Below are positions 14,865-24,488 of a stretch of DNA of 32,339 nt, piece by piece. Each line of letters opens with the position of its first letter. Position 1 is the first letter of the stretch. The notes below the pieces were generated by a model. It saw only the letters and a list, made by a program, of their open reading frames with translations, ran no database searches and was not told where the DNA came from. Made by a program: the position numbers and the translations under genes. The DNA is taken from assembly GCA_039811685.1 (NCBI GenBank), contig JBDHZC010000012.1, forward strand, positions 1-32,339. The letters are read 5' to 3'. This DNA is from Armatimonadota bacterium. GTDB lineage: Bacteria > Armatimonadota > UBA5829 > DSUL01.

Positions 14865-16537
14865 AGCCGAAGCTACGGGGAATCTGGCTGCTATTTTCAG
14901 CGCTTCTCGCACTGAACAGTGTTGCGGTCTATTCGCAGGACCTGCTGGTAGCCAGCCGCAACTCTGATCAGATTCTGCGTTTCGACGCTGATGGCAACTA
15001 TGCCGGCGTGTTCGCGTCTGGCAATGGGCTGGATGACCCGGGCTGTCTCGGCGTCGGCGCGGATGGATCGGTTTACGCCGGGATGCAAGACTCCTCCGGT
15101 GTCAGGCGGGTGCTGAAATGGGACGCTGCGGGCGCTTTCCAGTACGGCGTATCGGCGTCGGGACTGAGCGCTCTTGCCGGTGTGGCGTCTGACGACGAGG
15201 GAGCCATTTACGCCAGCAGCCAGACAAACAGCGAAGTTGTGCGCTGGAATGCGGACCGTTCCTACTACAACACATTCGCCTACGGCAACGGCCTTGTCCA
15301 ACCTGCCGGACTGACATTTGGTCCGGATGGCAAGCTGTATGTAGCAAGCAAAGGGAGTGGACAGGTTCTGGTCTGGAATCCGGACGGCACGTTTGACCGC
15401 GTTTTCAAGGCCCTTGGCGCGGGGACGACCATCTACGATATCGCCTTTGCGTCAGGCGGAGATATGTACATCCTCATGCGCCTTACCGGGGGAGACAAGG
15501 GCGTTGGCGTATATTCCTCAACTGGAGCTTACAAGCGGTATCACTCCGGTGGCGCGGTTATGGGTTCGCCCTCGGCGCTTGCCCTTCGGCCAGGAGACGA
15601 CGCTGTCTTTGTCAGCGACATGGTGAGTGGAGTGCTTCAGTTGGGCAGCGATGGCGCGTTCCGAGCCGTGATCCCGGAGGGGTCAAGCGGGCTGAGCGGG
15701 GCGTCCGGACTTCGCTTTCGCGAGGCTCCCGCACTCTCGGAAAATGCGTTGATTATCCAGGGAGCGCTTGCAAACAGTGATGGCTCTCCATCTCCGGATG
15801 GAGACGTCCAGGCCAGCTTCCGCTTCTATGATGTTGAAAGTGGAGGAAGCGCTGTCTGGGCGGCACCTCAGCAGCTACTTGCGGTCTCCCACGGAGTCTT
15901 CACAGCCCGGCTGGACTCTGTTCCCTCCTGGCTGTTTGCGCGGCCATCCGTCTGGCTGGAAACCGTTATCGGCAGCGAAACGCTTGCGCCGCGGCAGCTC
16001 CTCGGCGCACAGGGTGTAGCGGTGCGCGCAGTCTCCTCGCAGGGCCTGCGTTCACGGTCTGGCGGCGCACTGGATTTCAGCGTCTCAGCGAGACGGATGC
16101 TCACGCTGGGACCCGCAGGCGTTTTTCAGGCCACCTCCACCGGCGGCGCCACATTTCTCACCTCAGCAGAGCCTTCTTCGGGAGTCCGTCTTGCGCCAGG
16201 ATCGGGATCATGGTCCACGCTTTCTGATGCGGCGTCAAAGATCTGGCACAGAGATGTGAACCCAACGATGGTTGCCGAACATCTGGCGGGAGTGCCCATC
16301 ACACTCTGGAGCTATGCGGCTCAGGGAGAGGGCGTTCGGCATATCGGTCCTATGGCGGATGACTTTCGGCGCGCATTTGATGTAGGGGAGAGCGATCATA
16401 CAATTTCGACAGTAGATCCGGACGGCGTATCAATGGCGGCAGTGCAGGGACTGGCCGCGAGAGTGGAAGAACAGCAGCGCACGATCAAGAAGCTCCAGGA
16501 GATGATTCGCGCGCTGGAGGAGGACGAGGCGGAATGA
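14861..16537 (+). CDS. secreted beta-propeller + YQG-like domain + peptidase S74 intramolecular chaperone protein
   Basis: ATGA overlap with the previous gene, IIQGALAN...ETLAPRQ, WSTL-SDAASK (Ser codon 16223), HIGPMADDF, DPDGVSMAAVQG and a coiled coil. Confidence 0.88.
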   Translation: MKPKLRGIWLLFSALLALNSVAVYSQDLLVASRNSDQILRFDADGNYAGVFASGNGLDDPGCLGVGADGSVYAGMQDSSGVRRVLKWDAAGAFQYGVSASGLSALAGVASDDEGAIYASSQTNSEVVRWNADRSYYNTFAYGNGLVQPAGLTFGPDGKLYVASKGSGQVLVWNPDGTFDRVFKALGAGTTIYDIAFASGGDMYILMRLTGGDKGVGVYSSTGAYKRYHSGGAVMGSPSALALRPGDDAVFVSDMVSGVLQLGSDGAFRAVIPEGSSGLSGASGLRFREAPALSENALIIQGALANSDGSPSPDGDVQASFRFYDVESGGSAVWAAPQQLLAVSHGVFTARLDSVPSWLFARPSVWLETVIGSETLAPRQLLGAQGVAVRAVSSQGLRSRSGGALDFSVSARRMLTLGPAGVFQATSTGGATFLTSAEPSSGVRLAPGSGSWSTLSDAASKIWHRDVNPTMVAEHLAGVPITLWSYAAQGEGVRHIGPMADDFRRAFDVGESDHTISTVDPDGVSMAAVQGLAARVEEQQRTIKKLQEMIRALEEDEAE

Positions 16538-17379
16538 AGCGCTTCGCGACGATAGCCGCCATGCTCTTTTTCGTGCTGGAGGCCAGCCGATGCCAGAGCC
16601 TGACCCTCCAGAGGCTTGCAACACCGTCGGCTGGCGGAGCCGTCGCCACTTCGACGTTGCGCCTGGACGGAACCGCTGGACAGGGCGTGGCCGGGCGTGT
16701 CCTGGCGCCGGGAACCCTGCACTGGATCGGGTTCTGGTTCCCCGCAACCTCCGGCCCTTCTCCCGAGTTTTTGAACGCTATCGCTTCAGCAAAGCTGCTG
16801 CCTGATGGGACACGTGTATCGCTCGCTGGACTGACTGCGACGAGCGGCGCTCTGCAGCCTGGAGGCTTCTTCTATGTCAGTCAGTCCGACCGGGCTTCAG
16901 GAATACGCATTCAGCCGCTCACGCAGACTTCTGCGATAACACCGGGCGTCCAGGTTGCGGTCACCGGGACTATGGCGACGACGGACGCTGGTGAACGGCT
17001 CATCGCAGGAGCGCTACTGGCAGCAGGGCAGGTGGGCAATCCTCTTCTACCTCTTGGAATGGCCGTAAAACTGCTTGGCGGTGAAGCTTTTGGCGCTCCG
17101 GGCGCCGGACAGACAGGAGCGGATGGTGGTATCGGTCTGAATAACGTGGGCTTGCTTGTAAGGTGCTGGGGAAAGGTTGCGGGCTATGAAGGCAGCTTGC
17201 TATTACTGGACGACGGTTCCATATCTCCGGTCGCCGTGACGTTGCGGAATGCGCCCAGCGGTCTCATGCCAGGAGCCATGATAGAGGTAACAGGGATCAG
17301 CAGCCTCCGCCAGTCCGGATCAACAACCGTCCCGCTCCTTATACCGCGCTCTCAGCAGGACATCCGGCTGCTCGACTAA
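16534..17379 (+). CDS. secreted protein with GG/GQG/WIGFW motif domain and tandem OB-fold-like (DDGS) domains, paralog of 12095-12967
   Basis: ATGA overlap, SAGG...LDGTAGQG...HWIGFW, YVSQSDRASGIRI, NNVGLLVRCWGKV, LDDGS, PRSQQDI. Confidence 0.82.
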   Translation: MKRFATIAAMLFFVLEASRCQSLTLQRLATPSAGGAVATSTLRLDGTAGQGVAGRVLAPGTLHWIGFWFPATSGPSPEFLNAIASAKLLPDGTRVSLAGLTATSGALQPGGFFYVSQSDRASGIRIQPLTQTSAITPGVQVAVTGTMATTDAGERLIAGALLAAGQVGNPLLPLGMAVKLLGGEAFGAPGAGQTGADGGIGLNNVGLLVRCWGKVAGYEGSLLLLDDGSISPVAVTLRNAPSGLMPGAMIEVTGISSLRQSGSTTVPLLIPRSQQDIRLLD

Positions 17380-19418
17380 CCGGCGCGGTCCGGGTCTGAT
17401 CCGGGCAGATATGTGGAGGAAGCGTCAATAGCCGCCACGCCAGCCGGGACCGCTAAGGGCTCGTCGTCACCCTGCACACTGCCGTCGTCTGACGGGTCTC
17501 TATCGGCCGTTCGCAGGGTCCGGATGAGGTCTTTCATATCTGCTATTCCTCCAACAGCAAACCAGATGACTGCCGGAACACTGATGGCGAGCTTGAAGCG
17601 GATATCAAAAAGCCACCACTGCGCCCACACCCTGTCGCTGATGGGATACACGAGGTTTGCGATGCTGAATACCAGGAACCAGAGGAAGTATGCGCTGTAG
17701 TACGCAACAAGCGCGATCGCAAGAATCCTGTCCGTGCGATTGAACTCAGGTGTAATCCCGGTGATTCTCAGCCAGATGCTCTTTGGCGCTTCGAACAGTT
17801 GTGTCTCATCGCCTGAGACCCGGTACTGCCCGCGGTGCAACATCTTTTCCAGGTTGAACGGCGGCTTTCCGCGACCCGTGAGAAGAGAGACGCCGATATA
17901 GACCAGGATCGCGCTGATCATCGCAAGAAACCACAACACCTGCCCGTTTACGGGGAAAGCCTTTCCAAAATGCGTTTCCCAGACCTGTGGAACAATCAGC
18001 CCCGCGACACCCAGCACGGCTCCAACGCTAAGAGCCGAGAACCCTCCAGCTGCCGTGCCGCGACTCCAGTAAAGCCCGCCGATGATCACCGCGCCTGAGC
18101 CACCCAGCCAGATCGTGCCGGTGATTGCAAAGAAGAACAGAATCTTCTGCCCCATCGGATAGTACAGACTGAACAGAAAGGCGAAAACCGCGACACCTAT
18201 AACGGATGCGCGGAGGAGGCGGATGTGCTGCTGGGACGTCAGGGGTTTCTTGCGCAGAGGCATGACGACGTCCTGGATAAAGATGCTGCCCCAGGAGTGC
18301 ATGTACGTGTCGTGACAGGTGAACGAGATGAAGATCATCACTGTGGCCATCAGCCCCTTCACGCCAATGGGAAGAAGGTGTGCCATGGCGATTGGGACGC
18401 GCATTTGTCCCTGCACATATTCGTTAGGTATTGCCTTCAGACTCTCATTGACAACGTGAGCCTGGCCTGCAAACTCCGGCAGCTTCATCACGACCAGACC
18501 GGCCAGTGGCAGGAGCACCATCAGAAGCGCCTGCGGAGTGTAGCGCCACAGCGCAATTATGCCTCCCATCTTCTGTTCATGCGGAGTCTTCGCCGAGCTG
18601 TAGAACCCCTGAGAGCCCTGCCAGGACATGTAGCCATAGTAGCTTCCGAATATGGCGATCAAGAAGTAAAAGACATTGAAATCAGCGACCTGGCCTGTCT
18701 TGAACGGATTGATCATGGATGCCTTGGCCGGCGCCATGGCCAGAGCCTGGTACATCTGGTCCCAGCTAATCACGGCCATCAGGGCGATGGAGATGACGAC
18801 AAAGCCTATGGCACAGAATATCCCCTGCACGCAGTCTGTCAGCATCACCGAAACCTGCCCGCCCATTGTGACAAACGACACCGCAAGCGCCAGGTCCAGG
18901 GCCATGACGGCGGCAAAGGTTGACACATCGAACGGGACGCCAGGCACGTGGAAGGTTTCGGGAAGACCGCAGAAGTAGATAATGAACCGCGCGGCTACAG
19001 CGGGGAAAATGCCGAAATTGAGAAGCCCCGAAATCCAGCAAAGCATTCCGGCAAACACTCGAAAGTTTCTGCTGTAGCGCATCTCAAAGAACTGCGCCAT
19101 CGTCATAGCGCGTGTCTCGCGGAAGCGATAGAACACCCACCCCGTCAGCAGTATGACCACGCCCCCGGGAATCCCCATCAACTCCCACCACTTCGGCGGG
19201 AGACCTGCCGAGTAGACCATCTCAAAGGTCCCGACGAACGTGACGACGCCGACGCTTCCCATCTGGCTTGCGACGGTCAGAAGATAGCGCCCGGCCGAGC
19301 GGTTGGCGGAAAGGAAGTCCGCGACACCCTGCATATAATGGCGCGTGCTCAGACTGAACAGACGCAGCGCAATGATTGCGACGATAACAATCGCCCAGTC
19401 AATGAGGCTCAGATTCAC
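17376..19418 (-). CDS. sodium:solute symporter (SSS) family transporter
   Basis: LIDWAIV, DFLSANRSAG, RFRETRAMTMAQFFEMRYS, GGLYWSRGTAAG and many TM helices. Start placed at GTG 19418 after GAGG. Confidence 0.9.
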   Translation of the reverse strand: MNLSLIDWAIVIVAIIALRLFSLSTRHYMQGVADFLSANRSAGRYLLTVASQMGSVGVVTFVGTFEMVYSAGLPPKWWELMGIPGGVVILLTGWVFYRFRETRAMTMAQFFEMRYSRNFRVFAGMLCWISGLLNFGIFPAVAARFIIYFCGLPETFHVPGVPFDVSTFAAVMALDLALAVSFVTMGGQVSVMLTDCVQGIFCAIGFVVISIALMAVISWDQMYQALAMAPAKASMINPFKTGQVADFNVFYFLIAIFGSYYGYMSWQGSQGFYSSAKTPHEQKMGGIIALWRYTPQALLMVLLPLAGLVVMKLPEFAGQAHVVNESLKAIPNEYVQGQMRVPIAMAHLLPIGVKGLMATVMIFISFTCHDTYMHSWGSIFIQDVVMPLRKKPLTSQQHIRLLRASVIGVAVFAFLFSLYYPMGQKILFFFAITGTIWLGGSGAVIIGGLYWSRGTAAGGFSALSVGAVLGVAGLIVPQVWETHFGKAFPVNGQVLWFLAMISAILVYIGVSLLTGRGKPPFNLEKMLHRGQYRVSGDETQLFEAPKSIWLRITGITPEFNRTDRILAIALVAYYSAYFLWFLVFSIANLVYPISDRVWAQWWLFDIRFKLAISVPAVIWFAVGGIADMKDLIRTLRTADRDPSDDGSVQGDDEPLAVPAGVAAIDASSTYLPGSDPDRAG

Positions 19419-19488
19419 GCAGCAACCTCGAAGCGTATCACTTGACAGTGCGCTTCGAAAGGCCGTCTCCGCCACACTGGAGGTCGCC

Positions 19489-20358
19489 TCAAGGGTGCGC
19501 CAATCTGCGGTTTCGGTACTGACCGGGTCTGGTACCAGTCACTTCGAGAAAGACGTGACTGAAGTAGTTTTCATCCTCAAAGCCCACGCGTTGAGCAATT
19601 TCGGAAAGGTTTAGAGAAGGGTCTCGCATCAGCTCCTTTGCTTTCGCAACTCGGATCATTCGCAGATAAGCACGGAACGAAACGCCGCAAACAGCCTTGA
19701 ACAGCGGTCCGAGATAGCTGGCACTCAGGCGCACATAGTCGGCGGCGGACTGTAGTGAGATATCCTCAGCGTAGTGCGCGTCCACGTAGCGCCTCACGGC
19801 CTGAGCAATTTGAAAACTGCGGGTGCGTCCGTATCGGGCGACCGGAGGGGACACCTGGATAGACTTCTCCAGTTTTTGTTCGAGAGCAAGTAGTTCCTGC
19901 TGATGCGAACGTATGCTGTGCAGAGTAGCGACGGCTCTTTCGAGAGCTTTGACAATATCTGCGTCGGTGAATGGTTTCAGAAGCAGGTCGACCGCGCTGA
20001 GCTGGACAGCCTTGCGAGCCTCCTCAAAGCTCTCCTCGCCAGTAAGGCAGATGAGAAGAGGCTCCCGATCCAGGAGACCTTGCATCTGACGTCCAAGAGG
20101 AGTTCCGGAGTGTATGGGCATCTGTAGATCCAGTACGACGATGTCCGGCTGTAACTTGAGGCAAAGGTCGAGGGCATCTGCCGCGCGAGCCGTTGACGCG
20201 GTTAGCTCAATCGGCAAGCGAGATTGCTCCAGCACCTGGCGGATATTTTTGTGGACACCCTCATCAGCATCGATGCTCACGAGGGAGAACTTCGCAACGT
20301 GTCTCTTTGGAGTCACTTCAGCCATTTCCGCATCTGACTTGTCGCTAGTCTGTAGCAT
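19489..20358 (-). CDS. response regulator, receiver + AraC HTH (YesN-like)
   Basis: PDIVVLDLQMP, LTG and LLKP receiver motifs. LSASYLGPLFK and EIAQRVGFEDENYFSHVF AraC motifs. Confidence 0.92.
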   Translation of the reverse strand: MLQTSDKSDAEMAEVTPKRHVAKFSLVSIDADEGVHKNIRQVLEQSRLPIELTASTARAADALDLCLKLQPDIVVLDLQMPIHSGTPLGRQMQGLLDREPLLICLTGEESFEEARKAVQLSAVDLLLKPFTDADIVKALERAVATLHSIRSHQQELLALEQKLEKSIQVSPPVARYGRTRSFQIAQAVRRYVDAHYAEDISLQSAADYVRLSASYLGPLFKAVCGVSFRAYLRMIRVAKAKELMRDPSLNLSEIAQRVGFEDENYFSHVFLEVTGTRPGQYRNRRLAHP

Positions 20359-21398
20359 TAGACGCTCCTCGTAGACGCCCGCACTATAAACTCCGGCGGG
20401 ACGAAAGCTCGAAGATTTCCATTGCGCGCGGTTCCTGAGATCAGCGCCTGGCAGCCGATTCTTCCAACTTCGAAGAGATTCTGTTTGACGACTGTAAGTG
20501 GGGCGAGCATATGCTCTGCCAGTTCGATATCGTCGAAAGTGACGATGGAGACATCGCGAGGCCAGGCTACGTCATGCCTTCGAAGTTGAGCCAGAACCTG
20601 ACACGTGGAGTTGTAGCCATCTGTTAGAATGGCGGTGAATGTGGGATGATCGAGGCAACTGTTGACGTCTTCAGCCCGGACAATGTGCCCATTCACCGGC
20701 AGACCAAACTCTGCCGCTAACTGCAAAAACGCCCGATGACGCTGTTGACCTGAATGGTTTGCCTCCACTTTCAGGTCTGAGTGAGCATAGAGAATGTAAG
20801 TATGGCCCAGAGACATGAGGTGCTCAAGCGCCTGCCTGATACCCTCTGCGTTGTCTGTCTGAACGAAGGAAAGACCGGATCGCGGATGCGCTATGTCGAG
20901 CAACACTGTCGGGATCCCCTGCTTCTTGATCGCGAGCGCGGCATCGCGGGAGATACGAAGCAGGAGGCAGCCGTCAAAAGGCCCATCATCAGTGGCAGGC
21001 TGAAAATTGCTGCAGGAACTCATCTCAAGGACCCAGCCAGCATCCTGCGCGGCCGTGCGCACCCCTTCAATGATGTCTCTCACGAACTCATGGTTAATGA
21101 ATCCTTCGTCCAGATAGTCCACCACGAGTACAAGGCGCCCAACCTCGCTGCGCCGCAGCATCTCCGGGGGCAAGTCCGCCACAACAGTTCCATAGTGGGG
21201 CCGGCGCACAACATACCCTTCGCGCGTCAACGCCTGCATAGCAAGCTGCACTGTTTTGTGACAGACGCGATAATCGTCTGCCATCTCCATTGTGGACGGC
21301 AGCCGCTTCCCCGGTTGCAGACGCCCACTTCGAATGTCGGCTTTGACAAGCTCTTTAAGCTGGGCATACAACGGGTTCCGGCTGTTCAGCTTCAACAT
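20358..21398 (-). CDS. GntR wHTH + LacI-type sugar-binding domain transcriptional regulator (AraR-like architecture)
   Basis: PLYAQLKE...RLPST...TVQLAMQALTREG GntR domain, then VQTDN, HLMSLGH, DVSIVTFDD, PLTVV, IVRAST. GGAGGTG RBS. Confidence 0.92.
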   Translation of the reverse strand: MLKLNSRNPLYAQLKELVKADIRSGRLQPGKRLPSTMEMADDYRVCHKTVQLAMQALTREGYVVRRPHYGTVVADLPPEMLRRSEVGRLVLVVDYLDEGFINHEFVRDIIEGVRTAAQDAGWVLEMSSCSNFQPATDDGPFDGCLLLRISRDAALAIKKQGIPTVLLDIAHPRSGLSFVQTDNAEGIRQALEHLMSLGHTYILYAHSDLKVEANHSGQQRHRAFLQLAAEFGLPVNGHIVRAEDVNSCLDHPTFTAILTDGYNSTCQVLAQLRRHDVAWPRDVSIVTFDDIELAEHMLAPLTVVKQNLFEVGRIGCQALISGTARNGNLRAFVPPEFIVRASTRSV

Positions 21399-21426
21399 CG
21401 CTTCACCTCCCGATCTTTCTCAAACC

Positions 21427-22326
21427 TCATAGTCTGAAGTCTCGCAGTGGAGCAGTGGCAACCGCCAGGCATTGGTCCCCGCAGCCATAGTAGACGTACA
21501 CTTCATCGCCGAGAACAGCCGCGCCGCAGGAATACACCACGTTGTCTACAAATCCGCTTCGCTCATAATCCTCTTCAGGAACGAGGATGGGTTCGTCCTG
21601 GACTTTGAGCACTTTCGAAGGATCTTCAAGGTCAAGCCAGAGGACACCGAGGCGATACACCCTGTGGCTGTCTTTCGCGTGAGTGATCACAACCCACGCC
21701 TGATCCGTGCGGATGGGAGTGGCGCCAATTCCCATTTTGCCATCTGTCCAATGCCCGCGGCGCGTGCGCTGGATGACGCTGGTCGAATGCCACTCTTTCA
21801 GGTCTCGGCTGCGCGACATCCACATATGCGGCAGTATCCTGTGAATCAGCACGAACTCACCATTCAGCTTCTCGGGAAAGAGTCCACCCGTTCGCTGCGA
21901 GTAGTCCGGCATCAAAACACCTTGTTTCTCCCAGTGGATGAGGTCGCTGCTGGTCGAGTACGAGAGGACCTCCGGTATCTCGGACGTCGTGCAATAGACC
22001 GCGTAGTACGTTCCGTCAATGCAGCAGACTCTGGCGTCCTCGACACCGTCAGTCAGAGGATGTTGTTCTCCCACAATATCTATCACAGGGTGAGGAAGCC
22101 GCTCATCAATGGTGACACCGTCCGAGGAGATAGCCAGTCCGATCCGGCTTATCGGCCAGGTGTAGTTAGTGCATGGCTTCATCTCCTCCCCGCCGGCACG
22201 GTAGAGGATGTGCACTTTACCGTCCTTTACAATGATCCCGGAGTTGGAAACGTGCTTGCTCTCCCAGGGATGTTCAGGAACGGGCAGAAGTATGGGATTC
22301 CCAGGATGTCTTTTCAGCGTAACCAT
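21427..22326 (-). CDS. glycoside hydrolase family 130 protein (mannoside phosphorylase/hydrolase-like)
   Basis: RHPGNPIL, GVEDARV, LFPEKLNGEFVLIHR, GATPIRT, YERSGFVDNVVYSCG, YYGCGD. Confidence 0.88.
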   Translation of the reverse strand: MVTLKRHPGNPILLPVPEHPWESKHVSNSGIIVKDGKVHILYRAGGEEMKPCTNYTWPISRIGLAISSDGVTIDERLPHPVIDIVGEQHPLTDGVEDARVCCIDGTYYAVYCTTSEIPEVLSYSTSSDLIHWEKQGVLMPDYSQRTGGLFPEKLNGEFVLIHRILPHMWMSRSRDLKEWHSTSVIQRTRRGHWTDGKMGIGATPIRTDQAWVVITHAKDSHRVYRLGVLWLDLEDPSKVLKVQDEPILVPEEDYERSGFVDNVVYSCGAAVLGDEVYVYYGCGDQCLAVATAPLRDFRL

Positions 22327-22345
22327 AGCGAGTTTCTGCTGCTTT

Positions 22346-23560
22346 CTAGCTGCGCATCTCTGCGTTCACGGGAAAAGCTGCCCAACGCTTCACGGACTCC
22401 CAGAAAGCCTCGGTGTTCTCAATCGGAGTCTGAGGCGCCAGATTGTTGGCCGCGATGAACTGAAATTTGCCGCCTTCCAGTGCGCCGCTCTCACTGATGC
22501 GGCGGACCTCGGCGTCTATGCTTTCCGGAGTCCCGTCTTTGAGCAGCATCACAGTCGGGCCACCCACGATGAGCACATCCGGGCCGAGCGCGCGCCTGAG
22601 CGCTCCGTGGTCAACCGGAAATCCGGTATCAAACCCCAAAGCTCCAAGTTCCTCCGCTATACACGGGAAGAGCCGAGTCGCATTGCCGCACAGGTGCATG
22701 TAAAGCCCACCCGGCTCTGAGAACTCTTCTACGATTCTGCGATGGTAGGGTAAAACGTAATCGCGGTAGTGCTCAATTGAGAGCATGGCCACGGAGTCAT
22801 CAGCCATATAGAAGATCGGTTGCCGGTACTTGCCCACATCTGGAGAATCGGGGATGCGGCTCCACCGGTACTCCTTCAGCGTCCGGATGCGATTGATGAG
22901 ATTGCGCGTGATGAAGTCCATCAGGGCGTGAAAACAGTCCGGTTCTGTGAGCATGTCCAGCATCACTTCAGAGCCTCTTATCTTCACTGCCGCCTCAAAG
23001 GGTCCATCGGTGCCCTCGCCTAACAGGCGGATCGGCGGCCTCACCGGAACTCCCATATACTCAAGTGACGGGCACTTCTCGACCATCGCATCAAAAAACT
23101 CAACGGATCTGCCAATCAGTCCGTCTCGAAGTGGATCCGGATCTTCCAGGTCATAGACCTGCGCAGGGTCCTGCGTTATCATCGGGACGGTATCCGGGAG
23201 ACAACCCTGCTGGTAAATAACCTTGCAACCGAACCAGCTTGCGTCAAAGCTATTCTGAAGATCCGTCGCGAGATACCAGCCGTCCTCTGGAACTCCCATC
23301 TCACGGTCACACAGCAGATTGAATCGCTGCCATTTCTGATACTCCAGTTGGGCGCGGATCTGGACGTCGATATCTTCGAAGAATTGCTGGAACTCCAGCC
23401 CTTCCGTATTCAGCTCTGGATTTAGAAAATAGTTGGTGATGCTGCCTCCTACCACGCATGGAGCGCGTCGCGCCGTCCCCTCGTTGAAAGCCTGCACTAA
23501 CTCCCGAACTTCCTCGTTATGCCGAACAAAATCCACTTTACGTTGTAGAAATGAAGACAT
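22346..23560 (-). CDS. uroporphyrinogen decarboxylase-like / MtaA-CmuA-like TIM-barrel protein
   Basis: GPFEAAVKIRG, ADD...MLS...YVLPY, MHLCGN, TPIEN. ATG 23560 follows GGGAG. Confidence 0.82.
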   Translation of the reverse strand: MSSFLQRKVDFVRHNEEVRELVQAFNEGTARRAPCVVGGSITNYFLNPELNTEGLEFQQFFEDIDVQIRAQLEYQKWQRFNLLCDREMGVPEDGWYLATDLQNSFDASWFGCKVIYQQGCLPDTVPMITQDPAQVYDLEDPDPLRDGLIGRSVEFFDAMVEKCPSLEYMGVPVRPPIRLLGEGTDGPFEAAVKIRGSEVMLDMLTEPDCFHALMDFITRNLINRIRTLKEYRWSRIPDSPDVGKYRQPIFYMADDSVAMLSIEHYRDYVLPYHRRIVEEFSEPGGLYMHLCGNATRLFPCIAEELGALGFDTGFPVDHGALRRALGPDVLIVGGPTVMLLKDGTPESIDAEVRRISESGALEGGKFQFIAANNLAPQTPIENTEAFWESVKRWAAFPVNAEMRS

Positions 23561-23579
23561 CAGCTTCTCCCGATCCTCG

Positions 23580-24488
23580 TCAACCGAAACACAACTCTCG
23601 CTCGGCGGCCCCGCTGACCGCAACGCATTTTCCGGGCATTGTCATGGCCTCACGGCCAGCCTCAATCAGCGCCATCACTTCGAGGGTATCCTCGAACGGC
23701 GCCGGAGTTGGGCCGCCGTTGAAGAACTCACACATTGCGTCCGCGAGGTCTCCAAACATGGCGTCCGCGGTGAACCTGTAGGCGGCGGTACCTTCGCCAA
23801 AGATGACGCTGGCCTCGAAGGGATGGCCGTACCACCTGTCCCCAAGCGCGCAGGAAGGCTCAAACAGGCTGAATCCGCCGATGCGCTGGTCGTCATAGGT
23901 CACCCCGAACTGCATGAAGCGACTGTCGCCGAAATAAACAATCTCCTTCGCGCCACGCCCGAGAAGCATCACAAGCGGCTCGATGGTGTGAACCGCGTAG
24001 GAAGCAAAGCTGCTGGGACCTCGCACGCTCACGGCCTGGGCGGGATATTGCCTGCCAACTCCATCCAGAAACTCGCCTATCTCCGGCACGAATCGCAAAG
24101 CCGAGGTGGTGAAGGCCGGTGTCCCGGACTTTGTCGCCAGATCAATGAGTTTCGTGGCCGTTGCCGTATCCGGCGCAAAAGTCTTGTCCACGTACACTGG
24201 CTTTCCGGAGACCAGCGCCTCCTGACACAAATCCCAGTGCCGCTCAGGATTGTCGGGCGCCAGCACGACGATGCAGTCCGACTTCGCAACGACTTCTGCG
24301 GCGCTGCTGAGCAACTCCACGCCGTTTTCACGGCACCACTGGGCGCTGTCCACGCCGCCCGAGGCTACCTCGCCATAGGCATACGCAACATCAAACTGCT
24401 CGCGGAAGCGCCCTTCGCGTATCAGCTTCAGGTAAACGTCTGCGTGGAAGTTCTTCAGAAAGTGGTCAATAAATCCGATCTTTTTCAT
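23580..24488 (-). CDS. Gfo/Idh/MocA-like NAD-binding oxidoreductase (DKT variant)
   Basis: KIGFID Rossmann start, HWDLCQEALVSGKPVYVDKTFA, TSALRF, YAVH. ATGA overlap with the upstream gene. Confidence 0.8.
   Translation of the reverse strand: MKKIGFIDHFLKNFHADVYLKLIREGRFREQFDVAYAYGEVASGGVDSAQWCRENGVELLSSAAEVVAKSDCIVVLAPDNPERHWDLCQEALVSGKPVYVDKTFAPDTATATKLIDLATKSGTPAFTTSALRFVPEIGEFLDGVGRQYPAQAVSVRGPSSFASYAVHTIEPLVMLLGRGAKEIVYFGDSRFMQFGVTYDDQRIGGFSLFEPSCALGDRWYGHPFEASVIFGEGTAAYRFTADAMFGDLADAMCEFFNGGPTPAPFEDTLEVMALIEAGREAMTMPGKCVAVSGAAERELCFG

Noticed and set aside
13179..16537. Prophage tail-fibre genes
   Set aside because: Both have signal peptides, and there are no capsid, tail, terminase, lysis or integrase genes nearby.
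19442..19470. Plus-strand TTGACA in the symporter/regulator gap
   Set aside because: No -10 element at 16-18 nt spacing.
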